The notes under the pieces were generated by a model. It had not been told where the DNA came from, ran no database searches, and was given only the letters and a program-made list of their open reading frames with translations. The translations under genes and the position numbers were made by a program. From contig JAXDQU010000106.1 in assembly GCA_034667685.1 (NCBI GenBank), forward strand, positions 1 to 64,000: a DNA stretch of 64,000 nucleotides, in the 5' to 3' direction. This document shows, piece by piece, positions 1-9,516 of this stretch. Each line of letters begins with the position of its first letter. Position 1 is the first letter of the stretch. Source of the stretch: Thermoplasmata archaeon (GTDB lineage: Archaea; Thermoplasmatota; SW-10-69-26; JACQPN01; JAJPHT01).

Positions 1-465
1 CCCCCCGGGGCCCCCGGTCCTCCCGAATGCCGCGAGGCCCAGGACGAGGGCGGCGCCGACCACAAGAAGCAGTGCGAACGAGGCGGAGACGAGGACGCTC
101 GTGGGCGTGCGACGCAATCGAAGTGCGTCTCGGCGTGCGCCGCTCACATGGTGGCGAGCCGAAGGCGCATGATTTCGCAGAGTAGAGTCGGATTCAAGTC
201 CGAAAAGAAGGCAGGGCACACCCTGTTCAGCGAAGCTTGCGGGCATAGGACTCCTCCTCGTCGCGCATTACATACGCTCGTAGCGTCAAGAGTCGTCGTC
301 TTCTCTTGATGCCCAATCGTCTCCCATGCTTTCGGCCCAAAGAATCAAGATAGGGGCTTTGGGGCCGCGAAGCCCCCTAACGCTGCCGTCGCGCCTTTGG
401 GCGGGTTGTGGGACGATTTGCGCTAAATATGCGTCCGCTCTTCTGCGAACGAGAGGTCCGGTGCA

Positions 466-3411
466 TTGACCCGCAAGATTAACGTCGTCGAGCTTGGTGT
501 CTCGCTGCCGTCGAAGTTGCGGATAGGTTTCGTCCAGCTCCGCGGGCCTTTCCCAGAGGACAAACGCATTGGGACAGCTAAGGGTGGACGAACGGCGCTT
601 GTCTGGAGGTCTCCCGCTGCGCGGGAGCGTCGCCTCTCGCGCGCGCTCGCCCTCATTGACGCACTGAACTTGCACAAAGACAGTGAGTATCGACGACCGG
701 ACATCATCATTTTTCCGGAATACTCGATCCCTCTGACTCAGGTCAGCATTTCCGCGTTGCAGGCTAAGGCTGACACCAACAATCAGGTGATCATCGCCGG
801 CTCTGACAATATTGACGATGCGCCGGTTGCGGATGGCTGCATCATTATTCCAAAGCAAACTCCCAGGTTTGTCCGTAAGCTGCAGCCTTCGACCTGGGAG
901 CGCTTTCTTACTCCGGCGCCCCCCGATGCCCCAATCGACGTGTTCTCGTGGCAATATGGCGGCCAGCGTTATCTGCTCTCACTCCGGGTTTGTCTCGACT
1001 TTCGTGGCTTCAATGCGAACAGCTTCGACGCACCTGCTCTTGTTGTTGTCCCCATGCACTCCCGAGAGGTTCGGAAGTTCCAGGACGAGGCACACGACCT
1101 TCTCGGCAACTCAAAGCACGGCATAATCACGTTCCTCTGCAATGCGATTGGACAAAGCGCAGAGGGAAACTCAAGTGTCGTAGCTATGGCAACAATGGCG
1201 ACCGCGGACAAACCTGCAATTCAGTTCCCTCGCGATCGCGAAGCGTGCGCGGTTCTGGAAGTCGACCTCGACGATCTCCGAATGAATCGCGTGACCCCCT
1301 CGCACGTTCCAGAGCGAGGCGTGGGACTTGAATGGAAGTTCAAGATCTCTGGCGAGGGCGCCACAGCAACCATAGAAGATTGGATTGACGACTCGCCTGA
1401 TGCGTTGCCTATCATAGCAAAGCAAGGCGCAGAAAATACTCAGGCAGGATCGCTCTCCGCGGCTGCGTCTCGCCTGCGGATGCCCGAGACCGGTCCGATT
1501 CCAGGGTGGGGGGCCTTTACGCCCACCGACATCGGCTCACTGGCGGCCCTTTCGCCTGAAGAAAGTGTTCTCTTCTTCGACGGCGCTGTCCCAACGTGGC
1601 GGCACGCGGTATCAGACTCTATCCCTCGGCGTGAGGCCGTGTCCGAAACGCGCCGAAAACTCCATTCAGCGATCAATTCCAAAGCGCAACCATCGTTGAC
1701 ACTAATCAGAGCCGCCGGTGGTGAAGGAAAGACAACCGTCCTCTTGCAGGCAGCAATTGACGCTGCAAAGGCCCACGGGCTGGGGATTGTGTGGCGGCGC
1801 TTTCCAAATGCGAAGGCATCTCCCGATTCATTTCTTCAGTTGGAACCGGCGAAAGATTGGCTCGTCATAGTTGACGAGGCCGACAATGCTGTCCAGCTTC
1901 TGCGAGAGATTGGGGCCGCGCTTCATGAAGCGGATCGAGCAACTTTTCATTTCCTGATAGCTGCGAGGGATGCCGATTGGATCGCGGCTTCGGGGGATCG
2001 GATCGAATGGGAGCATTGGTTCAACGCACGAGTCGCGCACGACGAAGCAATTGTTCTACGTGGAATCACGAATGCAGACGCGAAAGCTATCGTTGGTGCG
2101 TGGAGCAAAGCTGGGTCCCAGGGCCTCCGGGACTTCGAGCGGACTCACAAAGACGATCGAGCGGAGAAGCTGGAGAAAGCGGTTAGAGATGCGCGGGTTG
2201 ACGACCGCGAACTGAACGGCGCAACTGGTGGCGCAGCCCATGGGTCATTCTTCGGCGGACTCCTCGCAACACGCTTCACAAACAAAGGACTCTCAGCCCA
2301 CGTTCGAAAGTTCTTGACCAATTTGAAGCGTATCAAGATCGAGGGTACGTCATCGACGCTCTTTGATGCATTGCTTCATGTCGCCGCCGTACACGGTGCG
2401 GGCGTCGGTGGCATCGACGAGAACGTTCTCGCTGACTTGCTTGGTGTCGACCGTGACCGCGTCTATTCAAGGGTGATTCGCCCACTGGGTGAGGAAGCGG
2501 CCGCCGTTCGGTCAAGTGGACGCGTCCTGACGCGGCATAGCCGCGTGGCTTCTGCGATTCTCGTGGAGGTTGAGAAGACCGGCCTCGGAAGTATCGAGGA
2601 AGTTTGGAGACGGACAGTCCGACAGACGGTTCTGACTTCGCGCGAGATTCGAACCGCAGAAACCTTCAGCAAGATCGTTCACGCGGGCCCGTGGTTGGCT
2701 TCGGCTCTCCCGGAAGAGCTTGCGCTCTCGCAACGCCGCGCGATTGCAATAGCCGCCGCGCGAGCGGCCGCGGCAGCACAACCCGAGCGCCTCGATGCGA
2801 TTGCAGACTTGGGGAAGACGCTTAGAGAATCCGGTCAGGCCGAGACCGCAAGCCAAGTGTTCCGAACCCAAACCCCGCGACCAGCTGACCGCGCGAAATT
2901 CGCAGACTTTGATGAGCACTTTAGGGGGACTCTCCATGAGTGGGGCGTGTGTGAGGCAGCCCGAGGATCGTCCCTCGATCACGCGCATGCCAACGCGTGG
3001 CTTAGTGGCCTATCACTCTCTGATGGCTGGGAAGACGTTGACATCGCGCCTCGGCAGGCCAAGCAGAGCCTTGCCGGCCTTGGCGCCGCGTTTGGCAGGA
3101 TAGTTCAGCAGAGTCATGACCCATTTGGGAAGGCACTGCGTGCCACGGCCTTCATCGGGAGACTCGTCAACCCCGACCAGACTACTCTGGGGTACTTCGA
3201 AAAGCATGATGCCTGGGCTGACGCCGTGCGAGCGCCCACCCCCGCGAGCTTGTCAGAAGCGGTTGCCTGGATCAAATTGGGGGTCGCTGCGTCCGGCCGC
3301 GCATTGGAGGACCCAATACTCGCAGGGATAGCGAAACCCGATGAGATTTCGTTCCACTTCTTCGAGGCACGCGTCCGGGCCCTCCGGCGTGCCGCTGGTG
3401 GAGTGGCCTAG
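466..3411 (+). CDS. Carbon-nitrogen hydrolase (nitrilase-like) domain fused to STAND-like P-loop NTPase and C-terminal helical/TPR-like repeats; putative defence/conflict protein
   Basis: Nitrilase triad motifs IIIFPEYS (Glu), RKLQPS (Lys), RVCLDF (Cys); Walker A AAGGEGKTT, Walker B LVIVDEAD; helical C-terminus; visibly lower GC and atypical codon usage; TTG start. Confidence 0.7.
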   Translation: MTRKINVVELGVSLPSKLRIGFVQLRGPFPEDKRIGTAKGGRTALVWRSPAARERRLSRALALIDALNLHKDSEYRRPDIIIFPEYSIPLTQVSISALQAKADTNNQVIIAGSDNIDDAPVADGCIIIPKQTPRFVRKLQPSTWERFLTPAPPDAPIDVFSWQYGGQRYLLSLRVCLDFRGFNANSFDAPALVVVPMHSREVRKFQDEAHDLLGNSKHGIITFLCNAIGQSAEGNSSVVAMATMATADKPAIQFPRDREACAVLEVDLDDLRMNRVTPSHVPERGVGLEWKFKISGEGATATIEDWIDDSPDALPIIAKQGAENTQAGSLSAAASRLRMPETGPIPGWGAFTPTDIGSLAALSPEESVLFFDGAVPTWRHAVSDSIPRREAVSETRRKLHSAINSKAQPSLTLIRAAGGEGKTTVLLQAAIDAAKAHGLGIVWRRFPNAKASPDSFLQLEPAKDWLVIVDEADNAVQLLREIGAALHEADRATFHFLIAARDADWIAASGDRIEWEHWFNARVAHDEAIVLRGITNADAKAIVGAWSKAGSQGLRDFERTHKDDRAEKLEKAVRDARVDDRELNGATGGAAHGSFFGGLLATRFTNKGLSAHVRKFLTNLKRIKIEGTSSTLFDALLHVAAVHGAGVGGIDENVLADLLGVDRDRVYSRVIRPLGEEAAAVRSSGRVLTRHSRVASAILVEVEKTGLGSIEEVWRRTVRQTVLTSREIRTAETFSKIVHAGPWLASALPEELALSQRRAIAIAAARAAAAAQPERLDAIADLGKTLRESGQAETASQVFRTQTPRPADRAKFADFDEHFRGTLHEWGVCEAARGSSLDHAHANAWLSGLSLSDGWEDVDIAPRQAKQSLAGLGAAFGRIVQQSHDPFGKALRATAFIGRLVNPDQTTLGYFEKHDAWADAVRAPTPASLSEAVAWIKLGVAASGRALEDPILAGIAKPDEISFHFFEARVRALRRAAGGVA

Positions 3412-3554
3412 TCGGGAAATGGGGGCGCGGGCCCGCCATTCGGACGGGTCCGCAGCAGACTGCGTGCGACGCACGCATCGCTCATGACGGAATCAACATC
3501 CCCACCAATGGAAGTTGGCCGAGAAAATAAGGGGCGCCCGCGGGCGCATCCCTG

Positions 3555-4037
3555 TTACTTCCCCGCGGCCGCCTTCTCCAGCTTCGCGATGTCGAGCTTC
3601 CGCATCTTCATCATCGCGTCCGTCGCCCGCTTCGCGACGGCGGGGTCGCGGTGGCCCAGCAGCTCGGGGAGGCGGGTCGGGACGATCTGCCACGAGAGGC
3701 CGAAGCGGTCGACGAGCCAGCCGCACATGCTCTCTTCGCCGCCTTTGGCCGTGAGAGCGCGCCAGAGCGTGTCGATCTGCTTCTGGGTCTTGACGCTCAC
3801 GAACATGGAGTAGGCGGGGGTGAGCTTGTAGTGGGGCCCGCCGTTCAAGGCGTAGAACTCGCGTCCCGCGAGGGTGAACGTGACCGACATCGGGTCGGCG
3901 TGCGTGACCTTCGAGTTGCGGAAGAGCGAGACGTAGAAGCGCGCGGCGTCCTCGGCGTCGTCGTCGAACCAGAGGAACGGCGTGACGCCTTCGACGGCGA
4001 TCTTCAGGGGCTTGGCGGCGGGCTTGGCGCGGGCCAT
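3555..4037 (-). CDS. VOC family protein (PhnB / 3-demethylubiquinone-9 3-methyltransferase-like)
   Basis: TPFLWFDDDAEDAARFY, ALNGGP, CGWLVDRFGLSWQIVP motifs. Confidence 0.9.
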   Translation of the reverse strand: MARAKPAAKPLKIAVEGVTPFLWFDDDAEDAARFYVSLFRNSKVTHADPMSVTFTLAGREFYALNGGPHYKLTPAYSMFVSVKTQKQIDTLWRALTAKGGEESMCGWLVDRFGLSWQIVPTRLPELLGHRDPAVAKRATDAMMKMRKLDIAKLEKAAAGK

Positions 4038-4043
4038 GCACGC

Positions 4044-4433
4044 TCAGCGCTTCGGCGCCGCAAAGCGTTGCTCCCGTTTCAGCTTCCCATCCTTGCCGTA
4101 GGTGCGCCAGAGCCCGACGCGCTTTCCGGCCAGATATCGCCCTTCGTCGAACAGCTTGCCGGTGCCGCCTTGATATCGTTTCCAGAGGCCGGTCTGCTTG
4201 CCGTCCTCGTCGAACCGGCCGCGCTGGCGCACGACGCCGTTGGCGGCGTACCAGGTCCAGAGCCCGACACTGGTCCCCGTCTCGAAGCGGCCGGAGGCCC
4301 ACGGCTTGCCGTCGCGGTGGTAGAACTTCCACGGGCCGTCGCGCTTGCGGCCGACGTACCGGCCCGCGCTCTTGAGCGTGCCATCCTTGTAACGCTCCTT
4401 GACGATCGGGCCGGGCTTGGCGCGGGCGGGCAC
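4044..4433 (-). CDS. MORN-variant repeat protein (YwqK-like)
   Basis: Repeated G-x-W-x-x-Y-x-x-x-G units; GTG start inferred. Confidence 0.75.
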   Translation of the reverse strand: MPARAKPGPIVKERYKDGTLKSAGRYVGRKRDGPWKFYHRDGKPWASGRFETGTSVGLWTWYAANGVVRQRGRFDEDGKQTGLWKRYQGGTGKLFDEGRYLAGKRVGLWRTYGKDGKLKREQRFAAPKR

Positions 4434-4614
4434 GGCGCGGGGAGGCGCGCGGCGGCGCAAAGCCTCTTCCGCGCAGGGGCATTCGGGCCCTCGGCTGGAC
4501 CGGTCAGGGCCTGCGGGACCACCCCGCGTGGGTTGTCGCTCCCGGCTTGGCCACGGGCCCAGCGCCCCAATCCGACGGTCCTATATAGGGCCGGGGAGGG
4601 AGGCAAGACCGACC

Positions 4615-5220
4615 ATGTCCCCCGGGTCCAGCCACCTTGCGGTCGGGAGCCTCTTCGTCCTCGCGGGCGCGGGCAGCCTGGTCGCGGGGCTGGTGCACGC
4701 ATCGTGGCTGCCGGCGTCCTTCCTGACGCTCACGGGCAGCTCGCTGGCGTGCATCGTGGGCTTCGTGCTGCTCCTGGGCGGGCTGCTCATGACGCTCTTC
4801 GCCTTCCAGCGCCACGAGCCGCCGGCCGACGTCGTGCCCGCCGAGGTGGCGTTCGCCTCGCGGATGGTCGTCGCCGACCCGCACGCCGCCGAGCCCGTGC
4901 CGACCCCGGCCCCCCGCCCCCGCGCCGCGCCCGCGCGCGCCCCCGCGCCGGCCCCCGCGCGCGCCAGCGCCCCGCGCCGGCCGCCCGCGGGCGCGACGGC
5001 TGCCGCCGCCTCCGCGGCGCCCGCCCCCGCCGTGGCCCCGACGCCCGGCCTGGACGAGCAGATCCGCGAGCTGACGCGCCGGATCAGCAAGGCGGGCGTC
5101 ATGCTCGCGACGGGCCAGATCAGCCAGCAGGGGTACGCGTCCTACGTCGACGACCTGAAGCGGCAGCGCGGCGCGCTGGAGGCCAAGCGCGTCGAGCAGC
5201 AGATGGGCACCGAGCTCTGA
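4615..5220 (+). CDS. Hypothetical membrane protein (2 TM helices, Pro/Ala linker, short C-terminal helical domain)
   Basis: ATG at 4615 downstream of TATA-like CTATATA at 4581; typical codon usage. Confidence 0.6.
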   Translation: MSPGSSHLAVGSLFVLAGAGSLVAGLVHASWLPASFLTLTGSSLACIVGFVLLLGGLLMTLFAFQRHEPPADVVPAEVAFASRMVVADPHAAEPVPTPAPRPRAAPARAPAPAPARASAPRRPPAGATAAAASAAPAPAVAPTPGLDEQIRELTRRISKAGVMLATGQISQQGYASYVDDLKRQRGALEAKRVEQQMGTEL

Positions 5221-5270
5221 GCATTCCTTTTTATCTGAGCGTGGCTTCCGCCGCCTCAGGTGGAACCCCG

Positions 5271-6551
5271 GTGAAGCTGTACGAATACCAGGGGCGGCAG
5301 GTGTTCGAGCGGTTCGGCATCCCGACCCCCTCGGGCGTCGTCGTCTCCTCCATGGCCGACCTGGAGAAGGTGCGCGGCCAGCTGAAGTACCCGCTCGTGA
5401 TCAAGGCGCAGGTCCTCGTGGGCGGGCGCGGCAAGGCGGGCGGCATCCAGTTCGCCAACAGCTGGGACGAGGCCGTCGCCAAGACGCGCCAGGTCCTGGG
5501 CATGGACATCAAGGGGCTCACCGTCGAGAAGGTCTTCCTCGTGGAGAAGCTCGACTTCGCCAAGGAGATCTACGCCTCCGTCTCGCTCGACCGCGCGACG
5601 CGCAGCATGCTCATCCTCTTCAGCGAGGAGGGCGGCGTCGAGATCGAGAGCGTGCCCGACGAGAAGATCAAGCGCGTGCACGTGCACCCCGTCACCGGCT
5701 TCCAGCCCTACCACGCGCGCGCCCTCTTCCAGGGCAGCAAGCTCACCGGCGACGTGCAGAAGCAGGTCAGCGCGATCCTCGGCAAGCTCGTCGCCGCTTT
5801 CCGCGGCATGGACGCCGAGCTGCTCGAGATCAACCCGCTCGCCGTCACGCCGCAGGGCAAGGTCCTCGCCGCCGACGCGAAGGTCATCCTCGACGACGAC
5901 GCCGCCTGGCGCCACACCGACTTCGAGGAGCCCAAGGAGGACAAGACGCCCCTCGAGTGGGAGGCCGAGGAGAAGGGCATCGCCTTCATCCAGCTCGAAG
6001 GCAAGATCGGCATCATCGCCAACGGCGCCGGCCTCACGATGGCGACGCTCGACGCGATCAAGCACTACGGGGGCGAGCCGGGCATCTTCCTGGACCTCGG
6101 CGGCACCGACAACCCCGAGAAGGTGCGCGAGTGCGTGCTGCTCATGAAGAAGGCCGAGCCCACCGTCATGATGCTCAACCTCTTCGGCGGCATCACCAAG
6201 AGCGACACCGTCGCCAAGGGCCTGAAGATGGTCCTCGACCAGGAGAAGATCCCCTTCCCCATCGTGACGCGCATCAAGGGCGTCAACGAGGAGGAGGCGC
6301 GCGCCATCCTGAAGGAGGCCGGCCTCTACACGACCAACACGCTCCAGGAGGCGGCGAAGCTCACCGTCGAGATCGAGAAGCGCGTGGTGGGCAACGCGCC
6401 CCTCCCGCCGCTCTCGTACAAGGTCGAGGTGCCGGAGGCCAAGATGCCCGCCCGGCGCGCGAAGCGCGCCGCGCCCAAGAAATCCAAGTCCAAGCCCGCG
6501 AAGCGGGCACCCCAGAAGAAGCGCGCGAAGCGCGCGAAAGGAGGCCGCTAA
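5271..6551 (+). CDS. sucC: Succinyl-CoA synthetase beta subunit with Lys/Arg-rich C-terminal extension
   Basis: KLYEYQG, KAQVLVGGRGKAGG, EINPL, NGAGLTMATLD, NLFGGI motifs; GTG start after TTTTTATC promoter-like box. Confidence 0.93.
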   Translation: MKLYEYQGRQVFERFGIPTPSGVVVSSMADLEKVRGQLKYPLVIKAQVLVGGRGKAGGIQFANSWDEAVAKTRQVLGMDIKGLTVEKVFLVEKLDFAKEIYASVSLDRATRSMLILFSEEGGVEIESVPDEKIKRVHVHPVTGFQPYHARALFQGSKLTGDVQKQVSAILGKLVAAFRGMDAELLEINPLAVTPQGKVLAADAKVILDDDAAWRHTDFEEPKEDKTPLEWEAEEKGIAFIQLEGKIGIIANGAGLTMATLDAIKHYGGEPGIFLDLGGTDNPEKVRECVLLMKKAEPTVMMLNLFGGITKSDTVAKGLKMVLDQEKIPFPIVTRIKGVNEEEARAILKEAGLYTTNTLQEAAKLTVEIEKRVVGNAPLPPLSYKVEVPEAKMPARRAKRAAPKKSKSKPAKRAPQKKRAKRAKGGR

Positions 6552-6552
6552 C

Positions 6553-6942
6553 ATGGAGAACAACCCCCACTCGATCGCCGACGCCGCCAAGCAGCTCCGG
6601 GACGCCGCCAGCGAGATGGCGCAGAAGGTCGCCGAAGCCGCCAGCGCGGAGATGAAGATGGTCGCCGAGAAGGCGGCCGAGGCCGCCCGCGTCGCGGAGC
6701 AGAAGGCCGAGGTCCGGGTCCGCGCGGCCGCGGCCAACGCGGCGGAGAAGGTCGCGAAGAGGGTCGCGCCGAAGCCCGCCCCGAAGGCCAAGAAGGCCAA
6801 GCGCGCCGCGCCCGCGAAGAAGGCGAAGAAGGCCGCCAAGAAGACCGGCAAGAAGACCGCCAGGAAGGCGACGAAGAAGCCCGCGAGGAAGGCGGGGAAG
6901 AAGAGCGCGAAGAAGGCCAGGAAGGCCGGCAAGAGGCGCTGA
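6553..6942 (+). CDS. Small Lys/Ala-rich basic protein (histone H1-like low-complexity tail)
   Basis: AKKAKKAAKK-type repeats; sits tightly between sucC and sucD. Confidence 0.7.
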   Translation: MENNPHSIADAAKQLRDAASEMAQKVAEAASAEMKMVAEKAAEAARVAEQKAEVRVRAAAANAAEKVAKRVAPKPAPKAKKAKRAAPAKKAKKAAKKTGKKTARKATKKPARKAGKKSAKKARKAGKRR

Positions 6943-6946
6943 TATC

Positions 6947-7846
6947 ATGGCGCAGCAGGTCCAGGTCCAGCAGGCCCAGGGCTTCCCGATCGGCAAGGCC
7001 ACCAAGGTCATCGTGCAAGGCATCACGGGCCACCAGGGCCAGTTCCACTCGGGCGCCATGCTCGAGTTCGGGACGAAGGTCGTGGGCGGCGTGACACCCG
7101 GCAAGGCGGGCGAGAAGGTCAACGGCCTGCCCGTGTTCGAGAGCTGCTTCGACGCGGTCGAGAAGACCGGCGCGAACGCGAGCGTCGTCTACGTGCCCGC
7201 GAAGTTCGCCAAGGACGCCGTGCTCGAGGCGATCGACGCGGGCATCCAGGACGTCGTCGTCATCACCGAGCACATCCCGTTCCACGACGCGATGGAGTTC
7301 GTCTGGTACGCCCGCATGAAGGGCGCGCGCGTGCTCGGGCCCAACTGCCCCGGCATGGCGAACCCCGCCGAGAAGTGCAAGATCGGCATCCTCCCGAACA
7401 AGATTTTCCGCCCCGGCAACGTCGGCATCGCGTCGCGCTCCGGCACGCTCACCTACGAGATCGTCAACGCGCTCTCGGAGAACGGCGTGGGCCAGAGCGG
7501 CGTCCTCGGCCTGGGCGGCGACCCGGTCAACGGCACGAACTTCCTCGACGCGCTGGCGATCTTCAACAGCGACCCGAAGACCGAGGCCATCGTCCTCGTG
7601 GGCGAGATCGGCGGCACCGCGGAGGAGATGGCGGCGGACTACGTGCGCAAGCACGTCAAGAAGCCCGTCTACGCCTACATCGCGGGCCGCGCCGCGCCCG
7701 AAGGCAAGCGCATGGGCCACGCGGGCGCCATCGTCTCGCGCGGCATGGGCACGGCCGAGAGCAAGATGGCCGCGTTCAAGAAGGCGGGCGCGAAGGTCGC
7801 CACCTTCCCGACCGACATCGCGCGCTTCGTGCTCGAAGACCTCTAG
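6947..7846 (+). CDS. sucD: Succinyl-CoA synthetase alpha subunit
   Basis: [33 protein letters not shown] (phospho-His). Confidence 0.96.
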   Translation: MAQQVQVQQAQGFPIGKATKVIVQGITGHQGQFHSGAMLEFGTKVVGGVTPGKAGEKVNGLPVFESCFDAVEKTGANASVVYVPAKFAKDAVLEAIDAGIQDVVVITEHIPFHDAMEFVWYARMKGARVLGPNCPGMANPAEKCKIGILPNKIFRPGNVGIASRSGTLTYEIVNALSENGVGQSGVLGLGGDPVNGTNFLDALAIFNSDPKTEAIVLVGEIGGTAEEMAADYVRKHVKKPVYAYIAGRAAPEGKRMGHAGAIVSRGMGTAESKMAAFKKAGAKVATFPTDIARFVLEDL

Positions 7847-7891
7847 GACGACCGGGGCCGCACGGCGTGCGCCGCGCGACGTGCGCCGTGC

Positions 7892-8045
7892 AACGTGCGC
7901 CGTGAAACGTGAACGTTGAACGAACGCCGTGAACGAGAACGTGAACGGCTCTTGGCTAGATCTGGCCAGATCTAGCCCAGATGTGGGCGCGGCGTCGTTC
8001 TCGTTCACGGCGTTCGTTCAACGTTCACGTTTCACGGCGCACGTT
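7892..8045. repeat. Nested inverted repeat: perfect 50-bp arms with an inner perfect 24-bp palindrome
   Basis: 7892-7941 is the exact reverse complement of 7996-8045; GGCTAGATCTGGCCAGATCTAGCC at 7954-7977; lies between convergent genes. Confidence 0.95.
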
Positions 8046-8066
8046 TCACGTCGCACGGCACAGGGA

Positions 8067-8495
8067 TCACTTGCGCGCTGGGCGCTTCGGCTTCTTCGCG
8101 TTCTGCTTCAGCCATTTCTTCCACGGCTTCCAGTAGTTGTCGCTCCAGCCCTCCTCGAGGTCGTCGGCGTGCGACTCGGGGACGCCGGCGTGGACCATGT
8201 CGAGGCGCGCGCCGCCTTCGACGTCGTGGAACGCGAGGACGAGCGTGCTCTCGGGGTCCATCGGGCTCCAGTCGTCGGCGCGCCACGTCTGGACCACGAG
8301 GCGGTGGGGCACGAAGGCGAGGCTCGTGCCGGTGACGTATCCGTCCCAGGCCGAGAAGGCCGCGCCGGCGCGCTTGGGGATCTTCGCGGGCGAGCCGGTC
8401 GCCTGGGCGTGGAGCTTGGCGTCCGCGTAGAGGTCGTAGAGCTGCTTCGCGGTGGCGCCGGGGAAGCGGATGGATTGGACGAGGGTGCGGACCAT
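8067..8495 (-). CDS. SRPBCC/AHSA1-like domain protein
   Basis: FSAWDGYVTG, LVVQTWRA..W, GWSDNYWKP motifs. Confidence 0.88.
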   Translation of the reverse strand: MVRTLVQSIRFPGATAKQLYDLYADAKLHAQATGSPAKIPKRAGAAFSAWDGYVTGTSLAFVPHRLVVQTWRADDWSPMDPESTLVLAFHDVEGGARLDMVHAGVPESHADDLEEGWSDNYWKPWKKWLKQNAKKPKRPARK

Positions 8496-8578
8496 GCGCC
8501 GCCGAAGCGGTCCGCCGGTTTGGTTCCACCGGAAGGCGCGGCCACGCATTCAAGGCGTGCGAGCTGCATCGCGCGGCC

Positions 8579-8731
8579 GTGACCGTTCCCGCCTGGAGCG
8601 CCCATTGCCACGCGATGCGCGACTGCGGGTGCTGCGGCGCGCGCGGGGCGCTCGTGTGCCTGGAGCCCAGCGGCCACCTCGACATCCACGCGTTCCTGTG
8701 CCGCAACTGCGGGCGCGGGCCGCGGTGCTGA
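8579..8731 (+). CDS. Small Cys-rich zinc-finger microprotein (50 aa, below ORF-track cutoff)
   Basis: Own translation: VTVPAWSAHCHAMRDCGCCGARGALVCLEPSGHLDIHAFLCRNCGRGPRC*; two CxxCG knuckles. Confidence 0.55.
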   Translation: MTVPAWSAHCHAMRDCGCCGARGALVCLEPSGHLDIHAFLCRNCGRGPRC

Positions 8732-8732
8732 G

Positions 8733-9494
8733 CTATTCCTGGGCGGCGCGGCGCTTCCGGCGGCGCAGCGCCTTGCGGTCGTCCTCGGTGACGCCTTCGA
8801 GGAACAGCTTGCGCTCCGCGAAGAAGGCGACGGCGCCGCCGTAGACGAGAAGGAGCGCGACCCAGAGCCAGGCGCGGTCGATGACGAACTCGAAGAGGAA
8901 GATCGCGACCGGGAGCACGATCGCGGCGCCCAGGAGCGCGGTGGCGATGGGCTTGCGGCGGCGCACGCTGTCGCCGGCCAGGAGGCCCAGCCCGAAGAAG
9001 ACGCCCGCGAACGCGGCGGCGAGGAGGAGCGACTGCGCGAGGTTGCCCAGCGTGAAGACGTGCGCGTTGACGTAGCCCACGACGTCGTCGGGCTGCGCGG
9101 TCGCGGCCTCGGTGCGCAGGCCCACGACGAGGCGGTAGAGCACGGAGAGGCTGACCATGACCGCGGCGCCCAGGCCCAGCGCGCCGCCGTTGAACACGGC
9201 GTGCCGCTCGCCCTGCCACTTGCGGCGGTTGATGCCCAGCGTGATGCTCACGGGCCAGAAGAGCGCGATGAGGAGCACCGTGACCAGCGGCGCATTGATG
9301 CCCAGGGCCAGGATCGTGACGAACCCCAGGAGGCCGCCCACGAGCAGGCCGCCGATGAAGTAGAGGAAGACGACGTTGTCGCGGAACATGCCGTCGTAGC
9401 GCCCGTACGCGCCGAAGAAGAGCGCCGCCGCCGGAATGACGGCGATGAAGGCGTCCACGAGCGTCGCGGCGCTGCCTGCGAAGGTGCCGGCCAC
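8733..9494 (-). CDS. Hypothetical multi-pass membrane protein
   Basis: About 7 hydrophobic segments, basic C-terminus, typical codon usage. Confidence 0.7.
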   Translation of the reverse strand: MAGTFAGSAATLVDAFIAVIPAAALFFGAYGRYDGMFRDNVVFLYFIGGLLVGGLLGFVTILALGINAPLVTVLLIALFWPVSITLGINRRKWQGERHAVFNGGALGLGAAVMVSLSVLYRLVVGLRTEAATAQPDDVVGYVNAHVFTLGNLAQSLLLAAAFAGVFFGLGLLAGDSVRRRKPIATALLGAAIVLPVAIFLFEFVIDRAWLWVALLLVYGGAVAFFAERKLFLEGVTEDDRKALRRRKRRAAQE

Positions 9495-9516
9495 GTGCGC
9501 CGGAAGCCGCCCCGCT

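Noticed and set aside
1-20. CCCCCCGGGGCCCCC at window start could be a tRNA 3' end (integration site for the low-GC gene)
   Set aside because: No T-loop or CCA visible within the window; cannot be supported without upstream sequence
4020-4433. Shared ARAKP N-terminus and 15-bp DNA match in two adjacent genes
   Set aside because: Short, GC-rich and low complexity; could be chance
3651-5270. Long N-terminal extension of sucC and many other long overlapping or antisense ORFs
   Set aside because: Shadow ORFs expected at high GC; real genes identified by motifs and codon bias occupy other frames
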